A stretch of 64,000 bases of DNA from Rhodobiaceae bacterium (GCA_965224185.1 OZ245042.1:5146761-5210760), one strand, 5' to 3'; positions 11,716-21,584 are shown, counted from the stretch's first letter. Notes: generated by a model from the letters alone, not told the origin. Numbers and translations: made by a program.

Positions 11716-11844
11716 GGTTCAAGCCTTTCGGGAACGTCCCCGACATTGACCATGTCGTATTTGTCCTCCATCAGCGTTTTCTGACCACCGGTGTCGGCGC
11801 CCGGGGGCATGAATGAACAGCGCTGGGACATAGTCCGGCGCCCC

Positions 11845-12600
11845 TCACAGATTGTATTTCCCGCCATCAACATTAATCGTCTGACCGGTGAGAAAATCGC
11901 TGTCAGGCGTGATCAGGAAAAGCAGTGAGCCGAGCAGATCTTCGGGCACCATTTCACGTTTGATCGAGCGCGACTGAACGGTTGGCGCGCGTGCGGGATC
12001 AAATCCGGTATGTCCTTGCAACGCCTCGCTCTCGGTGAGACCAGGCGCAATGGCGTTGACCTGGATGTTCTTGTCGCCCAGTTCGCGACCATGGCAGCGC
12101 GTCAGCGCGATCACAGCGCCTTTGGATGCCGTATAGTGCGAAAGGCCCGGAGGGCCGTAATAGAACGTGCCCGACGCGATGTTGACAATCTTGCCGCCAC
12201 CAGCCCGCATCATCGCCGGAACGACCGCCTTGGTCGCCTGATGCACGCCTCTGGTGTTGACGGTCATGACCTTGTCAAACTCGTCATTGTCGATTTGAAG
12301 AAACGGCTTGGGATCAAGAGCGGCAAAAATCGACGCGTTGTTGACAAGGATATTCAGGCTTCCGAATTCCTTTTCCGTCGCCGCGACCATCGTGGCGAGA
12401 TCGTCGTCCGACGTGACGTTGACGCTCAAACCAATCGCCGATCCACCTTGCGACATTATTTTCTCGACCGTCCCTGCCGTATCCAACACGTCGGTCACCA
12501 CCACGTTTGCGCCTTCCTGGGCCATGCGTTGCGCCATCTGTGATCCGATGCCGCGTGCTGCGCCCGTAATGACCGCGTTTTTTCCTGTTAGTCGGCCCAT
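11845..12600 (-). CDS. Short-chain dehydrogenase/reductase (SDR)
   Basis: TGAARGIG cofactor motif, NNAS, and the catalytic Y...K (YTASKGAV). The ATG at 12600 is preceded by aggagg. The track start at 12606 is a GTG inside the SD. Confidence 0.85.
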   Translation of the reverse strand: MGRLTGKNAVITGAARGIGSQMAQRMAQEGANVVVTDVLDTAGTVEKIMSQGGSAIGLSVNVTSDDDLATMVAATEKEFGSLNILVNNASIFAALDPKPFLQIDNDEFDKVMTVNTRGVHQATKAVVPAMMRAGGGKIVNIASGTFYYGPPGLSHYTASKGAVIALTRCHGRELGDKNIQVNAIAPGLTESEALQGHTGFDPARAPTVQSRSIKREMVPEDLLGSLLFLITPDSDFLTGQTINVDGGKYNL

Positions 12601-12614
12601 TTGCACCTCCTATT

Positions 12615-13436
12615 TCAAATCCTGATTTCGAGAATTTTCGCGACTTCGGGCCAGCTCTTGGCACCGTTTTCGCGCAGATCATTGGTCAGGTCCTCGGGCA
12701 CCCAGTCGATGAAACACTTCTTGAAGCTAGGTCGCGCCTCGATCCGGGCGAACCACTTTTCGACGTTGGGCAGGCGTCCCGATTCCCACATTCCCCGCAT
12801 CGACATCATCGCAAGACGATTGACATAAGGTGTCATGGCAATGTCAGCGATGGAGAACTTATTGCCCACCAGCCAGTCATTCCCACCGCTCAGCGCGTGC
12901 TCCATTTTATGCAGATAGGTGTCGTAAAGCTTAACTTTTTCCGCGGCACCAGGGGCCTCGAACCCGCAGCGCGTGAAGGCATCCTTCTGGCTCTTCCAGT
13001 CCGATGTGACAGACATTGACGGCGTCGAGGCAAGAAACTTCTTCACGCCCTCCGGTCCGAGCTTTTCTAGAACTGTGTGCCGGTGCGAGCAGACAAAGGT
13101 GACTGCCCCACAAGCCGGGTGAAGGTCCTCGTCGACCGCCTTTGTCCAATACCTGGCCTGTGCATATTCCCAGGAGTCGGTGGGATGGACGCTGGTTTCA
13201 GGTGCGATATGGTCGAGATATTCGATGATGACCGTGCTGTCGGGAATCACGAGATTGTCGTGAACCAGCGTCGGAACCACACCTTTGGGATTGAGCTTTA
13301 GGTATTGCGGATCGAATTGCTCGCCCTTCAGGATATCGATATAGACGCCATCCCAATCCATGCCCTTTTCGTCCATCGCGAACCGCACCTTGGCAGCGCA
13401 GACGGAAGAACCATGGTGATAGAGTGTAAATGTCAT
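12615..13436 (-). CDS. Glutathione S-transferase, LigE/LigF (beta-etherase)/GDAP1-like type
   Basis: MTFTLYHHGSSVCAAKVRFAMDEKGMDW....ID..KGEQ....YLKLNPKGVVPTLVHD..VI.DSTVIIEYLD plus the C-terminal FSIADI...W..RIEARPSFKK. The ATG at 13436 overlaps the ALDH stop (ATGA). Confidence 0.7.
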   Translation of the reverse strand: MTFTLYHHGSSVCAAKVRFAMDEKGMDWDGVYIDILKGEQFDPQYLKLNPKGVVPTLVHDNLVIPDSTVIIEYLDHIAPETSVHPTDSWEYAQARYWTKAVDEDLHPACGAVTFVCSHRHTVLEKLGPEGVKKFLASTPSMSVTSDWKSQKDAFTRCGFEAPGAAEKVKLYDTYLHKMEHALSGGNDWLVGNKFSIADIAMTPYVNRLAMMSMRGMWESGRLPNVEKWFARIEARPSFKKCFIDWVPEDLTNDLRENGAKSWPEVAKILEIRI

Positions 13437-14872
13437 AGTTGCACCGTGACCCATTTGAGTTCTGTCATCGCTTCCATATCGGCGTCGGTGCCTTCCCGGC
13501 CGACACCGCTTTCGCCGTTGCCGCCGAACGGCACATGCGCTTCGTCATGGATTGTCGGGCCGTTTATATGGCACATGCCCGCGCCGATGTTACGGGCGAA
13601 ATGAAAAGCCTTGTCGATGTCCTTGGTGAAGATCGAGGAGGAGAGACCGTATTCGGTGTCGTTGGCCTTTTCGAGTCCTTCATCATAGCTGTCGATCGGG
13701 TAGATCGAGGTGACCGGCCCGAAAGTCTCGGCTTTGCAAACCGTCATGTCCTCGGAAACACCTGTCAGTAGCGTCGGCTGGCAGCGGTTACCGTCCCATT
13801 CCCCGCCGGTAACGACCGTTGCACCCTTGGCGACGGCATCGGCGATATGGTCCTTGACCCGTTGACGTTGGCGTTCGGAAATGATCGGTGCGATCACTGT
13901 ATTCGGATCGCGCAGATCGCCCATCCCGACTTTTGAGGCGACCATGGCAAAACGCTTGACGAACTCGTCGAAAATCGGGCGTTCGACATAGAACCGGCTG
14001 GACCCGATACAGGCCTGGCCAGCGAACATGAAGATCGACCGTGCGGCCAGCGGCATGACCTTGTCGAGGTCGGCGTCTGCCAGAATGACGGTCGGGCTCT
14101 TGCCGCCCAGTTCCAGCGTGTTTGGCGTCTTATTCTTCGCACAGACCTCGTTGATGTGCTGGCCGACGACTGTGGAACCGGTAAAGGTGACGAAATCGAC
14201 ATCCGTGTGGCTGGTCAGATAGTCGCCGATCTGGTGCCCGAAGCCGGTGACGACATTGTAGGAACCCGCCGGAAATCCGGCCTCGGCTACAATCTCGGCA
14301 AACAGTAGAGTCAGATGCGGCGCCATTTCCGACGGAAGATGCACAACTGTGTTTCCCACTGCCAGAGCATTGGCGGCCAGCCGCGTGGTCTTGATCAACG
14401 GTACGTTGAACGGCGTTATCACCGCGACGACGCCGAGCGGTTCGCGGATCGACATCGAAAACTTGCCCGGCGCGTCCGACGGAATGGTTTCGCCGCGCAC
14501 ATTGCGGCAAAGGCCGGCGGCCGCGCGGACCATGGTCAGGCCCTTCTCGAACTCAAACATGGCTTTCTGGACCGGCGAGCCGATCTCATCGATCAGGCAA
14601 TCGACCAGTTCGGCTTTGCGCTCCTCCATGATTTCCGCCACCCGCAGAAGCCAGCGTTCGCGGTCCTTGGGCGGTATTTCCTTGTATTCAGGAAAGGCGG
14701 CCTTGGCGGCGGCGACAGCGCGACCCATATCAGCGCCCGTGCCCCTGGCCGCATGGGCATACAGGCTGTCGTCGAGCGGATTCAGCACTTCGAAGGTCGC
14801 ACCGTCCTCGGCATCGACCCATTCGCCACCAATGAAGTGTCGAAGCGTTTTGAATTTGGTGTTTGTATCCAC
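13433..14872 (-). CDS. NAD(P)-dependent aldehyde dehydrogenase
   Basis: The ALDH motifs FTGST.VG, ELGGKSP and the catalytic Cys context FMFAGQACIGSSR are present. GTG 14872 is preceded by GGAG at 7 nt. The alternative ATG at 14905 (track ORF) overlaps dctM. Confidence 0.9.
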   Translation of the reverse strand: MDTNTKFKTLRHFIGGEWVDAEDGATFEVLNPLDDSLYAHAARGTGADMGRAVAAAKAAFPEYKEIPPKDRERWLLRVAEIMEERKAELVDCLIDEIGSPVQKAMFEFEKGLTMVRAAAGLCRNVRGETIPSDAPGKFSMSIREPLGVVAVITPFNVPLIKTTRLAANALAVGNTVVHLPSEMAPHLTLLFAEIVAEAGFPAGSYNVVTGFGHQIGDYLTSHTDVDFVTFTGSTVVGQHINEVCAKNKTPNTLELGGKSPTVILADADLDKVMPLAARSIFMFAGQACIGSSRFYVERPIFDEFVKRFAMVASKVGMGDLRDPNTVIAPIISERQRQRVKDHIADAVAKGATVVTGGEWDGNRCQPTLLTGVSEDMTVCKAETFGPVTSIYPIDSYDEGLEKANDTEYGLSSSIFTKDIDKAFHFARNIGAGMCHINGPTIHDEAHVPFGGNGESGVGREGTDADMEAMTELKWVTVQL

Positions 14873-14891
14873 GGTACGACTCCTGTTTCTA

Positions 14892-16253
14892 CTATCCGCC
14901 GACAATCGTCTGCGGCAGGAAAAGCGCGATTTGCGGGAAGAGGATGAGAAGGCCGATCATCGCGGCCATGGCGAACCAGAATGGCCAGATACCGCCAAAA
15001 ATTTGCCCCATCGGCACTTCGGGCGCGATGGATTTGACGATGAAGACATTGATGCCCACCGGCGGGCTGATCATGCCCATTTCCAGCACGATCACCACGA
15101 TGATTCCGAACCAGATCAGATCCCAGTCGAGTCCGAGCGCGATGGGGATCACGACCGGGATGGTCAGCACCAGCATGGCCATGGATTCCAGGAACATGCC
15201 GAGAAACATGTAAGTGAGGATGATGATCACCAGCACGCCGACATCGCCAATCGGTAGAGAGGTCAGGATTGTCACCAGTTGCGAAGGCAGTTCGGTCAGC
15301 GACATGAACGGGATAAAGACGAAGGCGCCGATGATGATGAGAAAGACGGTGGCTGTTGCATTCATCGTTTGCAGGATGACCGCACGCGTTGCCCGCCAGT
15401 TCAACGACCGGCGCCAAGCGGCAACGACGAAGGTGAGGAATGCACCAACCGAAGACGCCTCGACCGGCGTGAAGAAACCGGTATACATGCCGCCGATGGT
15501 GGCCAGCACAACGCCCAGGATCGGTGCCGCGCGCCAAAGCGACTCGATGCGCTCGGCCGTCCCCGACCGTTCGCCGCGCGGCCCTGCCTCGGGCTTGCGC
15601 GCCACAACCAGATAGATCGAGCCGATAAACAGCAGCGTCAGGATGATGCCGGGAAACACGCCAGCCATGAACAACCGGCCGATCGACTGATCGGTCAGCA
15701 CAGCGTAGATGATCATTCCGCCGGATGGCGGTATCAGGAAACCAAGCGTACCGCCCGCGGCGACCGATCCGGTGGCAAGACTGTCGGAATATTTGTAGCG
15801 CTTCATCTCGGGCAGCGCGACGCGGCCCATGGTGACGGCCGAGGCGAGTGACGAGCCGGACAACGCCGCGAAGCCGGCGCAGGCGGCGATCGTGGCCGAG
15901 GCCAGCCCGCCTTTCATGTGCCCCATCCAGCGATACGCGGCGGCGAACAGATCGTTCGACATGCCCGAGACCCCGGCCAGATTGCCCATCAGCACGAACA
16001 TCGGGATGACCAGCAGATTAAAGTTGGAGGCCGCCTCGAACGTTTCGCCGGCCAGGTTCGAATAGGCAATCTTCCAGCCCCGTGCCCAAGCCTGATCGGA
16101 AGCCATCCCGAGGCCGATGAACTTGTTGGCGTTGGCGATGATGGTTCCGACGAAGCCGACACTCAGCATCGACAATGCAACAGGCATGCGCAGCGCCAGC
16201 AGGATAAAAAGGATGAGCAAGCCCAACAGACCGAGGAGCGTCATGCTGATCAC
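14892..16253 (-). CDS. dctM: TRAP transporter large permease
   Basis: 453-aa polytopic membrane protein with a typical DctM sequence (ALSGSS.A....MG....PEM..Y.Y, GGTLG.LIPPS). Confidence 0.9.
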   Translation of the reverse strand: MISMTLLGLLGLLILFILLALRMPVALSMLSVGFVGTIIANANKFIGLGMASDQAWARGWKIAYSNLAGETFEAASNFNLLVIPMFVLMGNLAGVSGMSNDLFAAAYRWMGHMKGGLASATIAACAGFAALSGSSLASAVTMGRVALPEMKRYKYSDSLATGSVAAGGTLGFLIPPSGGMIIYAVLTDQSIGRLFMAGVFPGIILTLLFIGSIYLVVARKPEAGPRGERSGTAERIESLWRAAPILGVVLATIGGMYTGFFTPVEASSVGAFLTFVVAAWRRSLNWRATRAVILQTMNATATVFLIIIGAFVFIPFMSLTELPSQLVTILTSLPIGDVGVLVIIILTYMFLGMFLESMAMLVLTIPVVIPIALGLDWDLIWFGIIVVIVLEMGMISPPVGINVFIVKSIAPEVPMGQIFGGIWPFWFAMAAMIGLLILFPQIALFLPQTIVGG

Positions 16254-16789
16254 AGCCGGTCACCATCAATCCTGAGTGTCACGACCTTGTCGGTGCGCAG
16301 CAATTGCCAGATGTCAAGCAGGAGAACCATGGCGTAGACCGCCATCGAGATGGAGAGCAAATAGTAGAAAGGCTCGTATGAAATCAGAAGCTGCTGCGTG
16401 GTTTCGCCGAATTTCGCCGCGCTTCCTCCTGCGTGCCAGAGCCCCCACGCCATGATGACGAGAAGCACGGCGCCAAGTGCCTTGACGAGGATCTTCGACC
16501 ATTTCGCGAATCCCGCTGTCATGCGTGATTCCAGCACTTCAATTTCGATGTGCGCGCCGGTCCGCGCCCCAAATGGAATCGACAGCGCAACGATCAGAAC
16601 GAGCGACAGGATCAACAGATCCTCGGCCCCGATGATGGGCGAGTTCAGCGCCTTGCGCATGATCAGCACGTTGAAAACGCTGTAGGCGGTCATGGCTGCC
16701 AGCGTCGTGCCACCGAGCACCAATGAAATCCATCTCAGCGCCGTGTCGAGGTGCCTGACCGGACCGCGTAATTCAGACCTGTTTGACAC
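16250..16789 (-). CDS. dctQ: TRAP transporter small permease
   Basis: The hydrophobic C-terminal 180 aa of ORF 16250..17029. The upstream part overlaps the GST gene, so GTG 16789 is proposed as the start. The start is uncertain. Confidence 0.7.
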   Translation of the reverse strand: MSNRSELRGPVRHLDTALRWISLVLGGTTLAAMTAYSVFNVLIMRKALNSPIIGAEDLLILSLVLIVALSIPFGARTGAHIEIEVLESRMTAGFAKWSKILVKALGAVLLVIMAWGLWHAGGSAAKFGETTQQLLISYEPFYYLLSISMAVYAMVLLLDIWQLLRTDKVVTLRIDGDRL

Positions 16790-16803
16790 CGGATCAACTC
16801 TCG

Positions 16804-17565
16804 TCAGACTTTTGAAAAGTCTGGACACCACTTTAGGACACCTTGCCGGTAGCTTTCCTTGTCGTCGAAAGCGGCCGCCCAGCGTCGGATGTTCGGAAAG
16901 TCTTCGAACGAATAGCCGCAACCGAAGATCACGAAGTAAAGTGGGATCCATGAGATATCGGCCAGGGTGAACTGATCGCCCATGATCCAATCGCGCCCCT
17001 CCAGCGTTGCATCCAGCTTGGCGAAACAAGCCCCCAGTATTGCCTTCGCCTTCAGGAAATCACTGGTGCTGAATTCGCTGCTGCCGGCGTGCTTGGCATG
17101 AAAATTCTTCAGCTCTTCATTTTTCTGAAGCGAATCGTATTTTTCCTGTTCCTCGGCAGACTTCTTCAGTTTCTTGACCAACTTGGTCGCATAGACATAA
17201 GGCTTGCAGGCCGGCACATGGATCGCGGCGGCCAAATGCAGCCATTCCATCATGTCGTCATTGTCAGCGGCGCGCAGCGTCGGCTCTGGATAGGCTTCGT
17301 CCAGATAATCGATGATGTCGTTCGATTCGATGTGAACGACACCGTTGTCGATGAGTGTCGGCACCAGACCGTTCGGATTGATCCCGAAATAGTCGTCGGA
17401 AATGTTCTCTTTCTTCTTCAGATCGATATGATGGCTGGTCCAGTCCAGCCCCTTTTCGATCAGTGTCATGCGAACCCGCATGGAACAGTTCGAAATGGCG
17501 CCATGATACAGGTGCAGCCCCTTAAGAGACTCGACTGATTTGTTTGTCGGAACAATGACGACCAT
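16804..17565 (-). CDS. Glutathione S-transferase, paralog of 12615..13436
   Basis: LHLYHGAISNCSMRVRMTLIEKGLDW....ID..K.E.....YF.INPNGLVPTLIDNGVV..ESNDIIDYLD and FTLADIS align position by position with the other GST. The ATG at 17565 follows GGAGG. Confidence 0.7.
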   Translation of the reverse strand: MVVIVPTNKSVESLKGLHLYHGAISNCSMRVRMTLIEKGLDWTSHHIDLKKKENISDDYFGINPNGLVPTLIDNGVVHIESNDIIDYLDEAYPEPTLRAADNDDMMEWLHLAAAIHVPACKPYVYATKLVKKLKKSAEEQEKYDSLQKNEELKNFHAKHAGSSEFSTSDFLKAKAILGACFAKLDATLEGRDWIMGDQFTLADISWIPLYFVIFGCGYSFEDFPNIRRWAAAFDDKESYRQGVLKWCPDFSKV

Positions 17566-17722
17566 CGGAGGGCCCTCCATACCTTGGTGACCGATCTGGA
17601 AGCGTTTTGAGATTGGGTTGGCGCGCAACCCAATTTCGAAGCGCTGCGGAATTGGCGCCCCGGAAACGTGACTGGTTTAAATCTGCACGAATTGTCCGGG
17701 GCGCCTGCGCTCTGCTTGGGAG

Positions 17723-18733
17723 TTATTTGTTCAGCGCACCGTAAATCTCGCGGACATTCGAAATGCCGCGGCTTTCGTAGTCCGCGAAGATTGCCTCAAG
17801 CCCTTTGGCGACCGCGGCGTCCATCTTGGCCCGCTCTGCGTCCGAAACCACGGTCCATTTGTAGCCCTTATCAGTAGTTTCAGCGATAAGCTTTTTGGAG
17901 ACCTCGTCGGCACCGTCGAACGACTTTGCAAGTTCAAGCGACATCGGCAGGCCGGCAACGTCGTCGATGATTTTGCGGTGCTCGTCCGAGAGGCTCATAT
18001 AGCGCTCTTTGTTCATGATGGCGTAGGTGACGGCAAAGGTCGCGGGCACATTTTCAACGATGTAGGAAGACACGTCCCAGAAGTTCCAGGGCTGCGTGAT
18101 GTTGTTGTAGGACGCCGTGGTTGCGTCGATGGTGCCGGTCGATAGCCCGGTATACATCTCCGTCACCGGCATCTGTACCGGAACCGCGCCCAGCGCTTCG
18201 ATGATCGGGGTGGTCATGGCCGCGAAAGGAACGATCTTGGCGCCTTTCATGCCCTCCATGGTCGACACGTCACGAGTTGCCGCGAAAAGGTTTCCCGCAA
18301 CCGTGCCGACGGCCAGAACCTTCACGTCTTCATATTCGTCTGCGAGATGTTCGTCGTAGATGTTCCAGATGGCCCGGGTGGACTGATCTGCGTTCTCCGC
18401 CTTGCCCGGCAGGATGGCCAGCATGGTCTTCGGGAAGAGCGCAGGTGTGTAGCCCGAAACACCGAAGGTGATGTCGGCAACGCCCTCAACGGCGCGCTTG
18501 TACTGCTGTACCGGACCAGCGCCCAGTTGACCCGCCGGGTAGAGTTTCATGGTCAAAGTGCCGCCGGAGCGCTTTTCGATCTCCTTGGCGAACCAGGTGA
18601 ACATGCCGGTGTTGGTGTGGTGCTGTGGCGGCAAGAAGGTCGCAACGGATAGCTCTTCACTGGCTGCGGTTTGCACGGAAAGACCAAGCCCGATTGCGAA
18701 CGCCATAGGCACCGGGAAACGTGAGAAATTCAT
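17723..18733 (-). CDS. dctP: TRAP transporter substrate-binding protein (DctP family)
   Basis: 336 aa with a signal peptide (MNFSRFPVPMAFAIGLGLSVQTAAS), a DctP-like body and an SD aggagga before the ATG at 18733. Confidence 0.9.
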   Translation of the reverse strand: MNFSRFPVPMAFAIGLGLSVQTAASEELSVATFLPPQHHTNTGMFTWFAKEIEKRSGGTLTMKLYPAGQLGAGPVQQYKRAVEGVADITFGVSGYTPALFPKTMLAILPGKAENADQSTRAIWNIYDEHLADEYEDVKVLAVGTVAGNLFAATRDVSTMEGMKGAKIVPFAAMTTPIIEALGAVPVQMPVTEMYTGLSTGTIDATTASYNNITQPWNFWDVSSYIVENVPATFAVTYAIMNKERYMSLSDEHRKIIDDVAGLPMSLELAKSFDGADEVSKKLIAETTDKGYKWTVVSDAERAKMDAAVAKGLEAIFADYESRGISNVREIYGALNK

Positions 18734-18770
18734 GGTATCCTCCTAAAGTTGACGGCGCAGTCCGGATCGA

Positions 18771-18958
18771 TGGGATCCCAATTCCCGGGAAGTTCATTTA
18801 AACCCGCAGGGTCGACTCCATCCCTTCATATTTAATACCGTTTTGGGATCCCATATCAAGCTAAAGTTTGAAATCTGAGCACGAATTTGTCGATTCGGTG
18901 CTCTTTCGGATACAAAGTGAATGCATATATTATTGCATAACTTGACTTTGGGATCCCA
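18771..18958. promoter_or_regulatory. Three copies of the palindrome TGGGATCCCA in the dctP/gntR divergent promoter region
   Basis: Exact TGGGATCCCA at 18771-18780, 18844-18853 and 18949-18958. The last copy is preceded by ATGCAtatattatTGCATaa. Candidate GntR operator sites. Confidence 0.6.
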
Positions 18959-18976
18959 TGCGTGATCAATAACCGG

Positions 18977-19735
18977 ATGGAATCGATTGACTCAGAACTT
19001 GCCGCACGAATCCGCCAGGACATCATTATGGGTGTCTTTAAGGAAGGGGAGCGCCTGTCGGAGACACGACTGTGCGACATTTACAACGTTTCACGCACAC
19101 CAATTCGGTTGGCGTTGCGACTTCTCGAACGCGAGAAGCTCATCCGCCGAGGTGAAGGCCGGGGCTACATTATTTTCAGCCCGACGGTCGAGGAAATCCT
19201 TCAGGCGGTACAGGTGCGTGGCCACCTGGAGAGCCTTGCCGCACGGCTCATGGCGCAATCTGAAATGCGAGCGCAACACCTGCCCCACATGGCCCGCGCA
19301 ATCGAAACGATCGGCGAAGTGTTGCGTCGCGGCGTTCTGGATGATCCCGCTATCCGCGAGGCGCAGAAAGCCAACAAGGTTTTTCATACAACGATCTTGG
19401 CTGCGTGTGGCAACGACTATGTCGGATACACATGTGAACAGATTAGTTATTTGCCGATGCTGGCTGCCGGTTCGATGGTTTTCGACCGCTCCACCAGCAA
19501 GTCACCAGATCACATGGAACGCGGCCTGTTCAGGCTGCAGTTGGGAAACGCCCAGCATCAGGTGATTTACGAGGCCATTGAAAAAGGTGACGCTGTTCGG
19601 GCTGAAGGTATGATGCGCGAGCACTCGCACACCATGATCGACTACATTCAGACCTTCGAACGAAAAGACGATAGCCTAACAGTGGCCGACCTGATCGCCT
19701 ATTCAGGCGCGGAGCCGCTCACAATGGGTCGTTAG
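18977..19735 (+). CDS. GntR family transcriptional regulator (FadR/FCD-type)
   Basis: wHTH LSETRLCDIYNVSRTPIRLALRLLEREKLI plus a helical FCD-like C-terminal domain. The start is ATG 18977, or GTG 18962 as in the track. Confidence 0.85.
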   Translation: MESIDSELAARIRQDIIMGVFKEGERLSETRLCDIYNVSRTPIRLALRLLEREKLIRRGEGRGYIIFSPTVEEILQAVQVRGHLESLAARLMAQSEMRAQHLPHMARAIETIGEVLRRGVLDDPAIREAQKANKVFHTTILAACGNDYVGYTCEQISYLPMLAAGSMVFDRSTSKSPDHMERGLFRLQLGNAQHQVIYEAIEKGDAVRAEGMMREHSHTMIDYIQTFERKDDSLTVADLIAYSGAEPLTMGR

Positions 19736-19791
19736 CGCCGAACCAGTTTCCAGATTGGGCGCGAAATTCAACAGGCCCCAAGTGACATTTG

Positions 19792-21090
19792 CTACCGCAT
19801 TAAGTTGGGAAGCCAAGTTGCGATTTCCGGAATCGCGAATAATAGCAGCAAGCCCGCGAGCATCGAGAAAATGAACGGTGTCACGCCGATAAACATTTTG
19901 GCGAGATCAACGTCGCTGACAACCGCTTTGACCGTGAAAACGTTCATACCGATCGGTGGGGTGATCAGCCCTAGTTCGACAACCAGGATAATGATTATCC
20001 CGAACCAGATCATGTCCACGTCCAGCGCGCTCAGCGAAGGCAGGAAAACCGGCACGACCAGCAGCAAGATCCCAAGGGATTCAAAGATCATCCCCAAGAG
20101 AACGCAGACGAAGCAGATCCCGAGTACCAACTGAATAGCGGAAATGGCGCCTTCGCCCTGAACCAACTCAACAAGCTCAAAAGGCATGCCGGTAATATTG
20201 ATGAACTGAGCCAGCATCATACCGCAAATCACAATGGTAAAAATCATTGCTGTGGTTTTGACGGTATCCAAAAAGACATGCAGGAGTTCAGGCCAATTGC
20301 GCAAACGACCCCGGGAAACGGCGAAAATAAAGGCGAAGAACGCGCCGACTGCCGCCGATTCCGTTGGGGTAAAAATACCTGTGTATATGCCCCCGAGGAC
20401 CAGGGCGAACAGCAATACGATCGGCCAGGATGCTCTTGAGGCGCGAAGCTTCTCCGCCCAGGTCGTCGCTTCACCGGGAGGGCCCGAATTGGGAAACAGG
20501 CGTACAACGACCGCTATGCCAACGAGGAACAATGAGACCAGCATGAGGCCAGGAACGATCCCCGCGATGAAGAGCTTTCCGATATCCTCTCCCACGATGA
20601 TCCCGTAGATCACCATCGGCACCGATGGTGGGATCATGATACCAAGCGTGCCGCCCGCGGCGATTGTACCGGTCGACAACGCATCATTATAACCAAAGCG
20701 CCGCATCGGGGGCATGGCGACCCGGCTCATGGTTGCAGCGGTGGCCAATGACGATCCGCTAACTGCTGCAAAACCGGCGCAAGCGAAAACGGTGGCCATC
20801 GCAACCCCGCCCTTTAACCGGCCCAGCCAAGCATAGGATGCCTCGTATAGCTCGTCGGAAATTCCTGCCCTGTGTATGAATGTCCCCATCAGAATGAACA
20901 GCGGAACGACAGACAGGCCGAGATTCATGGTCATCTCGATGATCCATTGGCCGGTAACCGCAATGGAGGCATCGATGCCGCGATATGCAGCAAATCCCAC
21001 GACACCGACAACAAGTGTCGCATACCCCAACGGCACGCCGATAAAGCTGAGAACCAGTACGATCGCCAGTCCGATGAGTGCCTCCGCCAT
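19792..21090 (-). CDS. dctM: TRAP transporter large permease
   Basis: ORF 19792..21273. The true start is probably ATG 21090 (MAEALIGLAIVLVL...), just after the dctQ stop at 21099. The sequence is DctM-like throughout. Confidence 0.9.
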   Translation of the reverse strand: MAEALIGLAIVLVLSFIGVPLGYATLVVGVVGFAAYRGIDASIAVTGQWIIEMTMNLGLSVVPLFILMGTFIHRAGISDELYEASYAWLGRLKGGVAMATVFACAGFAAVSGSSLATAATMSRVAMPPMRRFGYNDALSTGTIAAGGTLGIMIPPSVPMVIYGIIVGEDIGKLFIAGIVPGLMLVSLFLVGIAVVVRLFPNSGPPGEATTWAEKLRASRASWPIVLLFALVLGGIYTGIFTPTESAAVGAFFAFIFAVSRGRLRNWPELLHVFLDTVKTTAMIFTIVICGMMLAQFINITGMPFELVELVQGEGAISAIQLVLGICFVCVLLGMIFESLGILLLVVPVFLPSLSALDVDMIWFGIIIILVVELGLITPPIGMNVFTVKAVVSDVDLAKMFIGVTPFIFSMLAGLLLLFAIPEIATWLPNLMR

Positions 21091-21098
21091 GACGATCT

Positions 21099-21584
21099 CT
21101 AGTCCGCTGATCCGTGGCTGGTCGGTCCTTTGGTGAACACTCTGATACCCGCCACCAACGAGAAAGCGACCAGGACGACGAGCGCGGATATGATCCAGAC
21201 AAACGGGATTTCGAGACCTTCGGTGGCGTCTTCGTAGATAAACGAATCCCTGGCCGCCACGATCAGCACCCACAACAGGAAACCTGTTCCAAGCGTATTG
21301 CTGATCGCATAGATCAGGACGTAGAGTTTCGGTGAGAACTGATTGATAATCGGCTCAAATATCGAAACGACGATATGGCTGCCGTCGCGACTGACAAGGA
21401 TGAAGCCGGCAAAAACCGTCAGCGTCAGTAGGATTTGCGTTAATTCCGCGCTTCCCGATACCGGGGCGGAAAACACATAGCGCATGAACACGTCGACGAC
21501 GGTCAGCAGCATCATCAAGGCGAGCAATACCGACCCGACAATCAGTGCGACGCGACTGATCAAGCCCACGACCTTGTCAAACAT
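21099..21584 (-). CDS. dctQ: TRAP transporter small permease
   Basis: 161-aa protein with four TM segments, placed between dctP and dctM. Confidence 0.8.
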   Translation of the reverse strand: MFDKVVGLISRVALIVGSVLLALMMLLTVVDVFMRYVFSAPVSGSAELTQILLTLTVFAGFILVSRDGSHIVVSIFEPIINQFSPKLYVLIYAISNTLGTGFLLWVLIVAARDSFIYEDATEGLEIPFVWIISALVVLVAFSLVAGIRVFTKGPTSHGSAD

